Shown: positions 29,780-40,865, numbered from the stretch's first letter. The stretch: DNA of 64,000 nt from Candidatus Bathyarchaeota archaeon (GCA_963767735.1 CAVYES010000006.1:320001-384000); one strand, 5' to 3'. Notes: generated by a model from the sequence alone, not told the origin. Numbers and translations are program-made.

Positions 29780-30165
29780 AATACGTCATCGACTCCTATG
29801 CATGGTTAGCGTACTTTATGGGAACCGAAGCGGGAGAAAAAGTCAAACCCCTAATTGAAGGCTCCGAAGAAAAAATAACTCCTACAATATGTTTAGCTGA
29901 AGTCTACGAGAAAGCTCTCAAAGTGGAAGGGAAAGAAATCGCTGAAAAACAAAGAATATTCATTAAAGAAAAAAGCTCTCTGGCTCAGCTGGACGAATTA
30001 ATAGCGGTTGAAGCAGCAAAAGCGCAATGCGAAATGAAAAAGGAAATTGACGGGTGGGGACTTGCGGACTCTATAGTCTACGCTACGGGAGTGATTAAAA
30101 AAGCAGATGTTGTCACAGGCGATGAGCATTTCAAGAAACTTGAAGGCGTACTGTTCATAAAATAA
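29776..30165 (+). CDS. vapC: VapC PIN-domain toxin (duplicate)
   Basis: Differs from 22092-22481 only at VKKGN versus IKKAD. Confidence 0.93.
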   Translation: MKYVIDSYAWLAYFMGTEAGEKVKPLIEGSEEKITPTICLAEVYEKALKVEGKEIAEKQRIFIKEKSSLAQLDELIAVEAAKAQCEMKKEIDGWGLADSIVYATGVIKKADVVTGDEHFKKLEGVLFIK

Positions 30166-30573
30166 CTACCAGAGAGAAAACCAGCCACTGGTGAGCGAGG
30201 CAAGTCATTTCAGTAGGTGTTTGAGCGTTTTTTGAAGGCTCAGCTTCAAATCAAACATGATAAATTGCACAATAAACCCGCAAAAACTCAAGGATCTGCA
30301 GACCACTAAAGCTGCGAAAAAATGGTCATTGACCAAAAACGGTTTAAACAAGGTCTTTTCAGAGAGTCTTTCCAAATGGGGTATCCCCCCAAAATTGGTC
30401 AATTCTGACCAATGGAGAAATGTAATTAAGACTTAAGGCAAAAGCAAAATCAAAATCAACCAGGACTTCTAAATAAATTTAAGCTGAAATCATTACTAAT
30501 ACCTTGTCAAGCCCATAACCAAAAAAGAAACCCAAAACCACTTGAACAAAAAGGGGCTTAATACAATCGTTGT

Positions 30574-31782
30574 TCACGCAGGTTTTGCAGTTTTTTTTCG
30601 AAGCATACTATTTCGCGTGGCAATTATCGATTCAGTTTTGGAGCCACCTATATCTTTTAAAACAGATTTAAGCTGTTGAGGAATATCTATGTGTTGGGGG
30701 CAATGTGCTACGCATTTTTTGCATTCTATACATAGTGAGGCATCAGAATGTTTACCGCCGAATCCACCCATTAACATCAACGCATACATTGATCTTGATC
30801 TTTTTTCATCGCTGAACATGCAGTAGTCATTGTAGATTCTGAAGTTAGCGGGAATGTTGACTCCGGAAGGGCATGGCATGCAATATCGGCAGCCTGTGCA
30901 TGGAACCTTGATAAGGCGCCTATAAGCTTCAGCTACGTTTTTGATAGTCGCAAGCTCAGTGGGTTTCATTGAGCATGGAAACGCTGTCTCCGCGGTTTTA
31001 ACGTTTTCAGCAACTTGTTTCTTCATGTTCATTCCTGAAAGAACAACTGTCACTTCTGGATGATTCCAAACCCAGCGAAGACCCCACTCAGCCGGAGACC
31101 TCCGAATTTTAGCGTTATCATAAAGTTGCTTTACTTCATTTGGAAGCTTACCGGCTAATGCTCCGCCTCTCAGAGGCTCCATAATCATAACCGCAAGATT
31201 CTTTGAAGCGGCGTACTTTAGACCCACCGTTCCCGCCTGCACTTTTTCATCCATAAAATTATATTGCATTTGACACATCGTCCAGTCATTTGCATTTATG
31301 ATTTCTTTGAAGGTTTCAATGGATCCGTGAAATGAAAAGCCCATGTTGACGATTTTTCCATCGGCTTTTGCTTTTTCCAAAAATTGTAAAACGTTAAAGG
31401 CTTGTAGTTTTTTCCAAAACTCTTCTTCAAGCCCATGTAGAAGGTAATAGTCAATATGATCAGTTTGCAGTTTTTGCAGCGATGCATTTAACATTCTATC
31501 CATGTCTTCGGCTTTACTTAGCAGAAACGGGGTAAGTTTTGTAGCTATCTTTACTTTTTTGCGGTAGCCATCCAACAAGGCTTTTCCAAGCACCCTCTCG
31601 CTCTCACCACCATGATACGGTGGAGCTGAATCAACATAATTTACGCCGTTGTCGATTGCATAACGAATTTGTTTTACTGCGCGTTCTTCATCGATGTTTT
31701 GTCCCTTTAACGGTAACCGCATGGCTCCAAATCCCAAAGCTGACAACTTATCGCCGTTTTTAGGTACAATTCTATATTGCAT
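30574..31782 (-). CDS. Aldo/keto reductase with C-terminal 4Fe-4S dicluster
   Basis: LGFGAMRLP, IMEPLRGG, CTGCRYCMPCP and CIECKKCVAHCPQ. Confidence 0.92.
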   Translation of the reverse strand: MQYRIVPKNGDKLSALGFGAMRLPLKGQNIDEERAVKQIRYAIDNGVNYVDSAPPYHGGESERVLGKALLDGYRKKVKIATKLTPFLLSKAEDMDRMLNASLQKLQTDHIDYYLLHGLEEEFWKKLQAFNVLQFLEKAKADGKIVNMGFSFHGSIETFKEIINANDWTMCQMQYNFMDEKVQAGTVGLKYAASKNLAVMIMEPLRGGALAGKLPNEVKQLYDNAKIRRSPAEWGLRWVWNHPEVTVVLSGMNMKKQVAENVKTAETAFPCSMKPTELATIKNVAEAYRRLIKVPCTGCRYCMPCPSGVNIPANFRIYNDYCMFSDEKRSRSMYALMLMGGFGGKHSDASLCIECKKCVAHCPQHIDIPQQLKSVLKDIGGSKTESIIATRNSMLRKKTAKPA

Positions 31783-31802
31783 TCCAAACCCCCAGAAGGT
31801 TT

Positions 31803-32372
31803 TCAAAGCCAGGGTTTACAAATGATTTCCCGAACTTTTACGTCGAAGAAATCCTGAACGTTGGCGGGCTGAAGCACAAGTGCCGTGTCAGCTCCACTGC
31901 CGGTTCCGCCTATCGAAATCACGTCTTCTTTTACACTTATGAATCCGGCATCTGCTGCCATCATTGCGATTTCAATCGCCACTTTGGTTCCTTGACCAAA
32001 AACGCGCAAAGTATTCGCAACGATCTCGTCATATTGGTAAGTGTTTAACTTTCTTCTGATTGCTCGACCTAAGCCTCCGAATGCATGTGTGGTTGTCAAA
32101 ATTTTGCCGCCAGCGTTAAGAATGCGTTCCCGATTCTCAGGCGTCAATTCCTGAACGTCCTGCCCACCAAAGCCAGTGCTATGCGTAACCACCACAACAT
32201 TGTAGTCGCTAAACATCTCCGCTGCCTTAACGCCGGTTTCTCCTCCGGTAGAAGCTACAACAACAGACCTGATTCCCAGCTCATCGGCTCGCTTTTTCGC
32301 CGCATTCAAAACTGCGTTAAGGCTGACTTTTTTTGTCCCTTCAGACCTCTGCGCTTTCGCGTTTTGAGACAT
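31803..32372 (-). CDS. Pyruvate kinase C-terminal-like domain protein (COG1751-type)
   Basis: VVVASTGGETG, TLRVFGQGTKVAIEIAMMAADAG and GGTGSGADTA. Confidence 0.85.
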   Translation of the reverse strand: MSQNAKAQRSEGTKKVSLNAVLNAAKKRADELGIRSVVVASTGGETGVKAAEMFSDYNVVVVTHSTGFGGQDVQELTPENRERILNAGGKILTTTHAFGGLGRAIRRKLNTYQYDEIVANTLRVFGQGTKVAIEIAMMAADAGFISVKEDVISIGGTGSGADTALVLQPANVQDFFDVKVREIICKPWL

Positions 32373-32492
32373 ACCGCTTCACCTAACAAAGGGCACTCTT
32401 AACCAAAATTTAACGTTTACTGAAACATTTTTTGCAGTAACTCAAACGCTATCTTTACTTAGAACAAAAAGTTACTTTTCATTAGATCTAAT

Positions 32493-34114
32493 TTACGTTC
32501 GCCTAATCACGTAAAGAGCTATACACAGTTCTGCAAATGTTACTCCACCCAAGGTCAATGTTGCAAATGCATGGTTAAACGAGAAAAGGTAAACCAAAGC
32601 ATATGCAATTTCTGGCACGAAAACCGTTAAGAGTCCAACTAAAATTTTTTCCGCATCATTTACTACCCCGGCTATTTTACTTTTGCCGACGGACCGTAAA
32701 AAAATTGTGATCTCAAAGATGCTTGCAGAAGCAATTGAAATTACCATGAAAAAAGGTATCAGAATCATTAACCACGATGTAGGCGGCTTAAACAACGCTA
32801 GACAAAGCAAAGCAAAGGGAACTGGAACGAAAGTTGCCATGGTTATTAGAGCTTTAGACGTCAACAGTCTTTGGGAAGTAATTGGTAATGTTTTAGTGTA
32901 CTCTATTCCTTTGCCTTCAGAAGTCAAAAGTGCTAGAGGGATTAAAAGACCAAAAAACGCACCCATAGAAGTAGCAACAAGCACCGTTGACGCCCTCAAA
33001 AACTCTACATTCCGCGCCAAAAAAGCTACAATCACCGTCTCAAAAACAGGAAGCACAAAAAAGAATGCAGTAGCCGGATTCCTCGAAGTAACCCTTAGAT
33101 CCTTCACGACATAACCTCGCAAAGGACCTCGCGACTTTATCTGAAAATCCACAGCTCTTAATCGATCAATTTTAACACCTACCCCATGAGAAATACGATT
33201 CACTGTGCCTAAGCTCCACTTGGCTGAAAACCACGCGCCTAACACATAAATTGCCATAGCAACCGATGCCCCAAACAAAGTGAAATCAGGCACAATGGAA
33301 CCAGACAATTTTGTAACGATCAAACCGACTGAAAACGGATAGATTAAACTGAGCAGAATACCTCCTAAGTGTTAACGCTAAGCAACACCTTGTCCAAAAT
33401 TGGGAGAACATAGTAAGGTACGCTCATAAGTAAGCCTACTCCAAAAAGCAAGCATCCCCAGAGCAAGACGAAGAAACCACGAAAAACTGTAGTGCGCTTT
33501 GACCTTCCACCACGCATATAATTCTTATGAAAAACGCTTGAGAGCCATAGTGCAACAGCGACGGCAAATACGGAATTCATCAAAGAAGCAACAAACATAA
33601 GCGCAGTAGCCAAGGGAGACAACGTAAAGTAGGCAACCAAAACAACCTGACTCAAAACAGAACCCACCACTAAGTAATCTACAGACCTGATAAAAGAAAA
33701 CAAAGTAATTAATGAAAAATCATTCGAAGAAATCGGCAAAGTAGAAAGCAAAGCTGAAGATTCCGCGCCGACAAAAGAAGAAAGCGTCTGAATCGCATAC
33801 AAAGTCATAAACCCAAACGTTATAGCTAAACTAAGAGAAACCGAACCGCTCAAACCAAACGCTGATGAGCCCAGCAAAAATGAACCGAAAGGAATTATTG
33901 AAACCGCAACATTAAAAACCGCAATAATTAGTTTATCAAACTTAGCAATCTGCAACGCTTTTTTGCTTAACTCAAAATCGTCAGACACATCTTTGTTAGT
34001 CGCGTTTCTTCCAAAAGCGCCCCACCACATCCGATTTCTTTCCTGCGCTAATGACCTAAACACTACTTCTCTGTAGGGTAGTTTGCTTAAGCGCCAAGCT
34101 TCAGTGAGCTTCAT
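32493..34114 (-). CDS. ABC transporter permease-like membrane protein, split by a 1-bp frameshift near 33366
   Basis: Two hydrophobic ORFs are joined by LGGILLSLIYPFSVG in the second frame; KDLRVTSRNP motif; coupled to the ABC ATPase. Confidence 0.75.
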
Positions 34115-34913
34115 TTCCAAAGAATGCCTCCCTAAGCATCCTTGTCCTATCCGCAACCGCGGCCTCTTCATTAGTCAACTTCAAAAACACCTCTTCTAAA
34201 GATGAACCCTGGTCGTCAGTTTTACTTCTCAACTGCTCCAGCGTTCCCTCAGCAATTACTTTGCCCTGATCAATAATTCCAATCCTCGTGCAGAGATGCT
34301 CAGCAATCTCCATTATATGCGTAGAAAACAAAACTGCTCCACCCCGCTGGACTTGCAAAGACATTAGATCCTTTACAACTCGGCTACTCTTTGCATCCAA
34401 CCCGTTCAAAGGCTCATCCAAGAGCAAAACAGGCGGTTGATGAATAAGCGCAGCAATCAAAGCAACTTTCTGTTTAAGCCCCATTGACAAAGTTGCAATC
34501 GGGGAATCAAAATACTGTGACAAATCAAAAACGTCCGCAAGTCGAGACACTACTCGATTAGCAGCAGCTTGATTAATTCTGCGCATCGACACTACAAACT
34601 CAAAAAAATCCCTCGGAGACAAGCTTTCATAGACTATGGAGTTCTCTGCGACGTAACCAATCCTCGACTTAACATCCAACGGCTCCGAGAAGGGGTCAAA
34701 GCCACACAGCTTCACTTTGCCCGAGTAAGGCATCACTAGTCCCATCAAAACCTTGATCGTGGTTGTTTTTCCTGCGCCGTTTGGACCTAGCAGCCCAAAA
34801 ATTTCTCCTGGCATGACTCGTAAACTTAAGTTATCTAATGCCAAAAATGATCCAAAACGCACTGAGACATCTGAAACCTCAACTAAAGGCTCCGCAGATA
34901 AATCTCTGGACAA
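34101..34913 (-). CDS. ABC transporter ATP-binding protein
   Basis: GPNGAGKTT, LSMGLKQK and LLDEP. Confidence 0.95.
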   Translation of the reverse strand: MSRDLSAEPLVEVSDVSVRFGSFLALDNLSLRVMPGEIFGLLGPNGAGKTTTIKVLMGLVMPYSGKVKLCGFDPFSEPLDVKSRIGYVAENSIVYESLSPRDFFEFVVSMRRINQAAANRVVSRLADVFDLSQYFDSPIATLSMGLKQKVALIAALIHQPPVLLLDEPLNGLDAKSSRVVKDLMSLQVQRGGAVLFSTHIMEIAEHLCTRIGIIDQGKVIAEGTLEQLRSKTDDQGSSLEEVFLKLTNEEAAVADRTRMLREAFFGNEAH

Positions 34914-34998
34914 CCTACCAGCACTCCGCTAAATCGCAATCAAAGACATCGGTGCCTTAAAAAATTAATCTTTCTGGATTATGGATCAACATCAACGG

Positions 34999-35279
34999 TT
35001 ATGCTGGTCTTGGGTTTATTTCAAATCCGTATTTGCTGGAGGTTTCTTCTTTGTGGAGTTGTGTTTTATCATTTCCTCATTTATTTTGGGGATTATTATT
35101 CGTCCGTCTTTGTTCATTTTTGTTTAGAAGGTTTCGTCGATTCCGCGGCCGAACAATCGGACGTGTACTGTTAGGAGTTGGGTGGGTTCTAATTTGAATT
35201 CCCATCTGATGAGTGTGGGGATTTGGATTCGGTTTCATTTCCCTATGACTGCTTTGAAGCTTACTGAGTGTGTTAGGGG
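34999..35279 (-). pseudogene. Tandem AbrB/MazE-like DNA-binding protein pseudogene
   Basis: PLTHSVSFKAVIGK*NRIQIPTLIRWEFKLEP...ETF*TKMNKDGRIIIPK: two AbrB-like motifs, two stops, start lost. Confidence 0.7.
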
Positions 35280-35302
35280 GTTAAACCTTTTCCTGCCAAA
35301 TA

Positions 35303-35430
35303 CAACCGTTAAACCAGACTTAACCATTATTAACCGTTTTTAACCGTAGCCTAACTTTAATTTAAAGTCTAAACCAAAAAAGCAACCTAAAACACAAAAA
35401 GCACACACTTCCAAAGTGCAAATCCCGTCG
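35303..35430 (+). repeat. Family B core with TAACC decamer array
   Basis: AACC at 35312, 35322, 35332 and 35342, then CTAAACCAAAAAAGCAACCTAAAAC. Confidence 0.78.
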
Positions 35431-35510
35431 GGCACTGCTTTCTAATTTCTGTAGCATCAGCATAAGTCTTATAAAAAGATCGGTTGCATATGTAACAGGC
35501 GGTTGACTGG

Positions 35511-37160
35511 ATGTCACAAGCGACTGTTTCCAAAGTCAAAAAATTCATTTTACCATATTCTGTATCTGTTGGTGGGAAGGAGTCTGGTGGTTCTGATTTG
35601 GAGTTGGCTGCTGTTTATGCGGTGGCTGAAACTGATCGTCGAAAGGGCGGGCTTCTGAGGCATGCGAAAGAAGCAATTGAATTTATCGCGAAGATTGGGT
35701 ATCCACTGTGGTCTTTTCCCCACTCAAAAAATGTTTTCTTGTTCGATGGTTTGAACGTTTCAAAATATATTTTGCCCTACGCGGATATCGGCAACGTCAA
35801 CACGTTTATAGACGGCTTGAAAAGTAGCTCCAAAAACAGTGAAAGCTACACCTCTTTTATAGCTGAACAAGCCAAATGTTTCTCAGAGCCGAACACAAAA
35901 AACAGTCTCGAACTCAAAGGTTTAATAGCCGATTCTGCTTTCATCGGGGAATTTAGCTTGCATAGAGAAGAAGCGAGCACCTCACAAGATGAATTCGCAT
36001 TAACTGGGTTGTTAGCCCCACGAATCAACGAATCAGCGCTCTTGTCAATAACAGAGGAGATCGCCAATCTGGCATTAACCTTCAAAAAAGAAGTAAAGGA
36101 ACTAAACAACAGCATCCATTTTTTGGGCAAAACCTCCCTTGCATTTCACGGTGAAATTCACGACCAAATCACGGCTGTCAAAGAAGAGGCATCCTTAGAA
36201 ATCAATGACGAGGAAGCCAGAATCGCTCCCCACCTCAAAGCCATAGAACACCAATACAACAATGAAATAGTTGACTTAGCCAGATCTATTGAAGATAAAC
36301 GGGTACCTTTGCACTCGGAAATAATCCGACTTAAAAAATCCAGCGCAGAAGCCGACCGACGGATTGCAAAATACAGCGAGAATGAAAAATCGGCTGCTAA
36401 AAGTGACAAAACGGGGAAAGATGATTGGAAACTCAAAATCAAGAATGTAAAAGAAGAGCTCTCAGACATCGAAAAACAGATCAAAACAAAAGAAAAGGCC
36501 ATTGAAGAGTTGCAAAAGAAGCAAGCCTCGGAAACTGCCAAACTGAAAGCCGCGTTGGAAGCAGAAGTTCTAAAAACACGAAGTAAAATCGTTGATGTAG
36601 AAGCTTCTCGAGACGCCAAAGTTTTACTTATGCGTCAAGAAATCGATACCTTGGAGAAAAACACAAAGCTACTTAGCGATCGGATTATGGAAATAATCAA
36701 AAATAGAGAATCAAATATCGGCGACATAGAAAAAATTCACACAACCTCCTTTTCCGATGAGTTAGATAAAGCGGTCTTTTACGTTCCAAACTACGTGATT
36801 TGCTACAACTCTGGAGAGAAAAGGCGTTATGTTTCGTTGCCGCCGTCTTGCATAAGCGAAGTGGGCATTTCAGCTAAGCTTAAAGGAGCTTTGGGCGCGG
36901 CAAAAATCAGATCATGCTTTTCTCCAAGGCTAAAGGAAATGGCTTTGCTATCAGAAACCGTAGAGAAGCAGAGCGAGGAAGACTCCGTTTTTGAGACGGA
37001 GCTAAAGCAGCTTGGGGAGGAAAACAATATTTTGAAGGTGAGTTTTCTCGGCGAGGCAATCGAGAAAGGATTGTTAAGTTTAAGGGAAAAAGGCTGGTTG
37101 AGCGATAAAGAGTTTGGGGCTATTGCGGCAAGCGCCAAGAAAGACCTCACGCTTCCTTAA
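35511..37160 (+). CDS. Hypothetical protein with long central coiled coil
   Basis: 549-aa ORF; globular ends (IGYPLW, FYVPNYV) around a heptad-rich middle. Confidence 0.85.
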   Translation: MSQATVSKVKKFILPYSVSVGGKESGGSDLELAAVYAVAETDRRKGGLLRHAKEAIEFIAKIGYPLWSFPHSKNVFLFDGLNVSKYILPYADIGNVNTFIDGLKSSSKNSESYTSFIAEQAKCFSEPNTKNSLELKGLIADSAFIGEFSLHREEASTSQDEFALTGLLAPRINESALLSITEEIANLALTFKKEVKELNNSIHFLGKTSLAFHGEIHDQITAVKEEASLEINDEEARIAPHLKAIEHQYNNEIVDLARSIEDKRVPLHSEIIRLKKSSAEADRRIAKYSENEKSAAKSDKTGKDDWKLKIKNVKEELSDIEKQIKTKEKAIEELQKKQASETAKLKAALEAEVLKTRSKIVDVEASRDAKVLLMRQEIDTLEKNTKLLSDRIMEIIKNRESNIGDIEKIHTTSFSDELDKAVFYVPNYVICYNSGEKRRYVSLPPSCISEVGISAKLKGALGAAKIRSCFSPRLKEMALLSETVEKQSEEDSVFETELKQLGEENNILKVSFLGEAIEKGLLSLREKGWLSDKEFGAIAASAKKDLTLP

Positions 37161-37191
37161 CTTTTTGGTAATAGGCTAGTGTGGTGGGAGA

Positions 37192-37674
37192 TTGGTTGCC
37201 GTCGGCGATGAGGCTCCGGATTTCACTCTGAAGTCGGATAAAGAAAGGCAAGTTTCTTTAAAGGATTTTAGGGGTAAAAAAGTTGTGCTTTACTTTTATC
37301 CTAAGGATGGGACGTCTGGCTGCACGACTGAGGCACTTGATTTTAAGGATGCTGCGGGACAGTTTGCCAAAGAGGGCGCAGTGATTTTGGGTGTTAGCAA
37401 AGATAGTGTTGTGTCTCATCAGAAATTTAGGGAGAAGCATCAGTTGCCGTTCACGTTGCTTAGTGATCCACAAGCCAAAGTGTTAAATGAGTATGGGGTT
37501 TGGAAGGAGAAAGTTCTTTACGGAAGAAAATTCATGGGAACCGAAAGAACAACGTTTCTAATCGATGAAAAAGGAATCATAAGAAAAATATACACAAAAG
37601 TAAAGCCAGAAGGACACGCCCAAACGTGCCTGCTAGATTTGACAAAAACAACTAGGCTCTTCTTGCCTAAATAA
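37192..37674 (+). CDS. bcp: Peroxiredoxin, BCP family
   Basis: VVLYFYPKDGTSGCTTEA and ERTTFLID. Confidence 0.93.
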   Translation: MVAVGDEAPDFTLKSDKERQVSLKDFRGKKVVLYFYPKDGTSGCTTEALDFKDAAGQFAKEGAVILGVSKDSVVSHQKFREKHQLPFTLLSDPQAKVLNEYGVWKEKVLYGRKFMGTERTTFLIDEKGIIRKIYTKVKPEGHAQTCLLDLTKTTRLFLPK

Positions 37675-37880
37675 GCAACTCCCAAAAGAAAGTTAATTAC
37701 CTCCATATTTAGCATTCAACATGCAAATTAATTAGATGGTCAGACCCAACTTTTGTTAGAGATTGCATCGTTCTAAATCGAGTACTATTCATAGACGTGT
37801 CTGCTTTGGTGATGAATTTTTGGCGTTGCCGACAGCTATTTAACTCTATAACAAACAAGTAATCGAATGGGTGAAAAGAA

Positions 37881-38159
37881 ATGAGCAAGGTTGAGACTGA
37901 GTTAAAAGGAAAGATTGAGGAATTAATCAGGCAGAAGGCAGAATCATCTGAAACTGATGAGCTTTCAGACTCAGAACACGGGTATGTGGATGCTCTGATA
38001 TGGCTTAAAGAAGGCTCAATTCAGTTAACTAATGAAGGCATTGGAAAAGAAATTGTGGAGCGAACATATGCGGACAAAGACCCAAGCAAAGAATACTGCG
38101 ATGGCTACGACTCTGCACTTAAACTGGTTTTAAAAATGCTAATTGAATTGAAAAAATAG
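37881..38159 (+). CDS. Hypothetical protein
   Basis: 92-aa ORF with GGTGA RBS; internal repeat GYVDAL / GYDSAL. Confidence 0.65.
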   Translation: MSKVETELKGKIEELIRQKAESSETDELSDSEHGYVDALIWLKEGSIQLTNEGIGKEIVERTYADKDPSKEYCDGYDSALKLVLKMLIELKK

Positions 38160-38221
38160 TATATTCTAAACGAATAGTTTCCATAATGAAAGGAAAAATG
38201 GATGAAGCCATTGTTCTAAAC

Positions 38222-38276
38222 GCGAATTGGCCAGATCGCCAACGGATGAGAGTTCAATTCCCATCCCCCAGCTCCA
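38222..38276 (+). repeat. att-like site: shared leader plus tRNA 3'-like end, copy 1
   Basis: 36/41 identical to 45783-45823; ends CCCCAGCTCCA. Confidence 0.7.
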
Positions 38277-38322
38277 CGCTGACACACATAGCTCTTGTGA
38301 ATAAGACTATTTTTCTGATCCT

Positions 38323-39600
38323 TCAAGCTTCTATTAGCCAATCGATAAAAGGTTTGAACCTGATCGTAGTGTTACCAACCTTGAGGGTTTCTGAGGTATC
38401 TTTGGTGAGTATAAGTGAAGTGCTTGGTTTGAGTTCTTGTATGCATGAGATTAATCCGGCGACCTCTCTGTTCTCGGTCGCAGCACTGTTCAAATCGTAG
38501 ACCACTTGGTATGCTACGTCAACGTCGTTTCCGCGCTTAACCACAAAATCAGCTTCTTCACCAGCGTTATTTCGCCAGTAGCAGATTTCTTGATCTTTTA
38601 ATCTTCTTTTGAGTTCAAGCAAAACGGCGTTTTCATACAACCGTCCCCAATCAGTCTTTCCAGTGGCAGCGTATGAAAATCCAACGTCCCCGCAGTATGC
38701 TTTGCGGGGGTATACTGAGCGGGCTTTTATGCTGTGAGAGTACACTGGGATAAAAAAGAAAAGGTAACTTGCCTCGGCGTATTTTTCAAGCAGCAGCAAC
38801 TTTTCCTTGCCTATTTTATACCCTAGACTTTTGAAGAAATTTAGGCACTTCGAGGCTGAGAAGTACGTGCTCTGGATTACGCATCTCCCGAAAGTTGCAA
38901 CTGTTGTGGGGTCTTCGTGTGAAACCTCTGCGACGTCGAGCCCCACAATATCCTTGAAGTACGAGTCAAGAATCCTTACTTTATCTATTGCATCTTCTGC
39001 TAGGACGACCTCGGGAAACCCTCCGAACTGTAGATACTCGGAAAGTGCATGCTCCAGTCTTCCTCGGCCAGCCGTGGTATTCTCAAGATCGATGTGTCTG
39101 AAAATCAAAAACTCTCTGAAAGACAGCGGAAAAAGTTCAATTGGAAGTATTCGACCACGCAACGGCTTGTTAGGAACAACCAAACTCTTCCGTGAAGAAC
39201 CCACCACAAGGTTAAGCCTGCCCTTGAGAAGTTCATGTGTTCTTGCGAGCCAACCGCTCCAATCGTTCGCACTTGTTATTTCATCAAGCAACAAGAAACC
39301 CTCATCGCCAAACCACTTGAGAATCTGATCCAGAACGTCTTTTTCTGCCCAAAGGCGGCTATCCTCCACATTGACATAACAGACCTTTTTTCCTTCTTTT
39401 GCAAGCTTCTGAGCCAGCAGCATCAAAATGCTTGATTTGCCACAGCGTCTTATGCCTGTGACAGCAACTATTTTTGATTGCGAATTACGCTCAACTGCGT
39501 CAAGATTCACATTACGCGGAAGGAGTGCTTTCCGTAGGGCATATGTGTTCCATTCTTCGAAAAGTCGTGAGGTTTCCATAATTGTTCTGCTACAGAACAT
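38323..39600 (-). CDS. AAA_14 + DUF4143 family ATPase
   Basis: TGIRRCGKS, LLDEI, PLSFREF, GGFPE, LYENAV and EADFVV. Confidence 0.92.
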   Translation of the reverse strand: MFCSRTIMETSRLFEEWNTYALRKALLPRNVNLDAVERNSQSKIVAVTGIRRCGKSSILMLLAQKLAKEGKKVCYVNVEDSRLWAEKDVLDQILKWFGDEGFLLLDEITSANDWSGWLARTHELLKGRLNLVVGSSRKSLVVPNKPLRGRILPIELFPLSFREFLIFRHIDLENTTAGRGRLEHALSEYLQFGGFPEVVLAEDAIDKVRILDSYFKDIVGLDVAEVSHEDPTTVATFGRCVIQSTYFSASKCLNFFKSLGYKIGKEKLLLLEKYAEASYLFFFIPVYSHSIKARSVYPRKAYCGDVGFSYAATGKTDWGRLYENAVLLELKRRLKDQEICYWRNNAGEEADFVVKRGNDVDVAYQVVYDLNSAATENREVAGLISCIQELKPSTSLILTKDTSETLKVGNTTIRFKPFIDWLIEA

Positions 39601-39701
39601 CTTATATAATTTTCTGTTTTATTTTAGAACAGTTTATCAAACACAGATATTGGAAAATGGAAACATGTAGAATTCCTCATTGAAAAATGCATCACATGCA
39701 C

Positions 39702-39759
39702 GGTTCAGGCGACAGCCTGCAGAGCTGTTATATACAGGTTCAATTCCAACCCTCTGCCT
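39702..39759 (+). pseudogene. tRNA-Cys(GCA)-derived fragment, copy 2
   Basis: GGTTCAGGCG, ACAGC-CTGCAGA-GCTGT, GGTTCAATTCC and CTCTGCCT; 5' acceptor strand absent. Confidence 0.75.
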
Positions 39760-39760
39760 T

Positions 39761-40092
39761 TTAACTCAACGTAATTGATTTCAGCTCAAAAATCGCTGGG
39801 CCTTGGCAAACGGCAAGGAAGTGTCAAATAGGCGCAAAAGAACGTATAAACAGTGCAAAAACACGTATAAACCTCGTCTGGGAGCTTCACAAATTCAAGG
39901 CACTCTAACCGTTTTCTTAAGTGCTTAAGCGTTTCTAACCTCAATTTAAGCCTATTTTGACTTGAAATTTTGCGTTTTTTGAAGATTTAGCTTCAATTTA
40001 ACCTATCCACTGCGCGCCAAAAACCCTGCAAAAACTTCAAGCTCTAAACCAACAGAGCAACCCAAAACAACAAGAACAAAATCCCGCCGAAA
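39761..40092 (+). repeat. Family B element, long copy
   Basis: Colinear with 26286-26615; starts immediately after the tRNA-Cys fragment. Confidence 0.88.
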
Positions 40093-40199
40093 CCCGTCAA
40101 TAACATTTGTTCAAAGTTAAATACGAATGTGGGATTATGAATAGGTCAAACGTCCGCAGGAAAAGGGCTTGGACGATAACATCTTTGAAGGTTGAAAAA

Positions 40200-40865
40200 A
40201 TGAAGGTTCTAGCAATTAACGGAAGCCCAAGAAAAACTTGGAACACAGCGACAATGCTCAACAAGGCACTTGAAGGTGCAGCCTCTGAAGGTGCCAAAAC
40301 AGAAATCATCCATTTGTATGACCTTAACTTTAAAGGTTGCACAAGCTGTTATGCCTGTAAGCTAAAGGGCGGGAAAAGCTACGGAAAATGCGCCTACAAA
40401 GACGAGCTAACGCCGGTTCTCAAAAAAATTCGTGAAATCGATGCGCTTATCCTCGGCTCACCCATCTACATCGGCACAGTAACCGGAGAAATGAAGAAAT
40501 TCCTGGAACGCCTAATCTTCCCCTATATGGTCTATGATCCCAACCATTCTTCCCTGTTCCCAAAGGAGATTCCAGTAGGATTCATATACACAATGGGGGC
40601 AAACGAAATCCGCCAAAAAGAGATGGGTATAGACCCGTACATTCGCCTAAACGAGATGATATTGGGCAGAATCTTCGGGGCATCAGAATCATTAGTCGCC
40701 ACTGATACATACCAATTCGAAGACTACACAAAATATGTCTCTTCGTTTAGCGTCAGCGCGTGGGAAGAAAAAATTAAGAGACGCAAGGAAGTGTTCCCAC
40801 TCGACTGCGAAAAGGCATACCAGATGGGCGTAAAGTTTGCCAAAAAAACAGAAGAGCAAAAGTAA
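40200..40865 (+). CDS. Flavodoxin family / iron-sulfur flavoprotein
   Basis: INGSPRKTWNT, CTSCYAC and LGSPIY. Confidence 0.9.
   Translation: MKVLAINGSPRKTWNTATMLNKALEGAASEGAKTEIIHLYDLNFKGCTSCYACKLKGGKSYGKCAYKDELTPVLKKIREIDALILGSPIYIGTVTGEMKKFLERLIFPYMVYDPNHSSLFPKEIPVGFIYTMGANEIRQKEMGIDPYIRLNEMILGRIFGASESLVATDTYQFEDYTKYVSSFSVSAWEEKIKRRKEVFPLDCEKAYQMGVKFAKKTEEQK

Noticed and set aside
39685-39760. Functional tRNA-Cys
   Set aside because: The 5' acceptor strand is missing and the T-stem is broken. No complementary flanks suggesting a split tRNA were seen.
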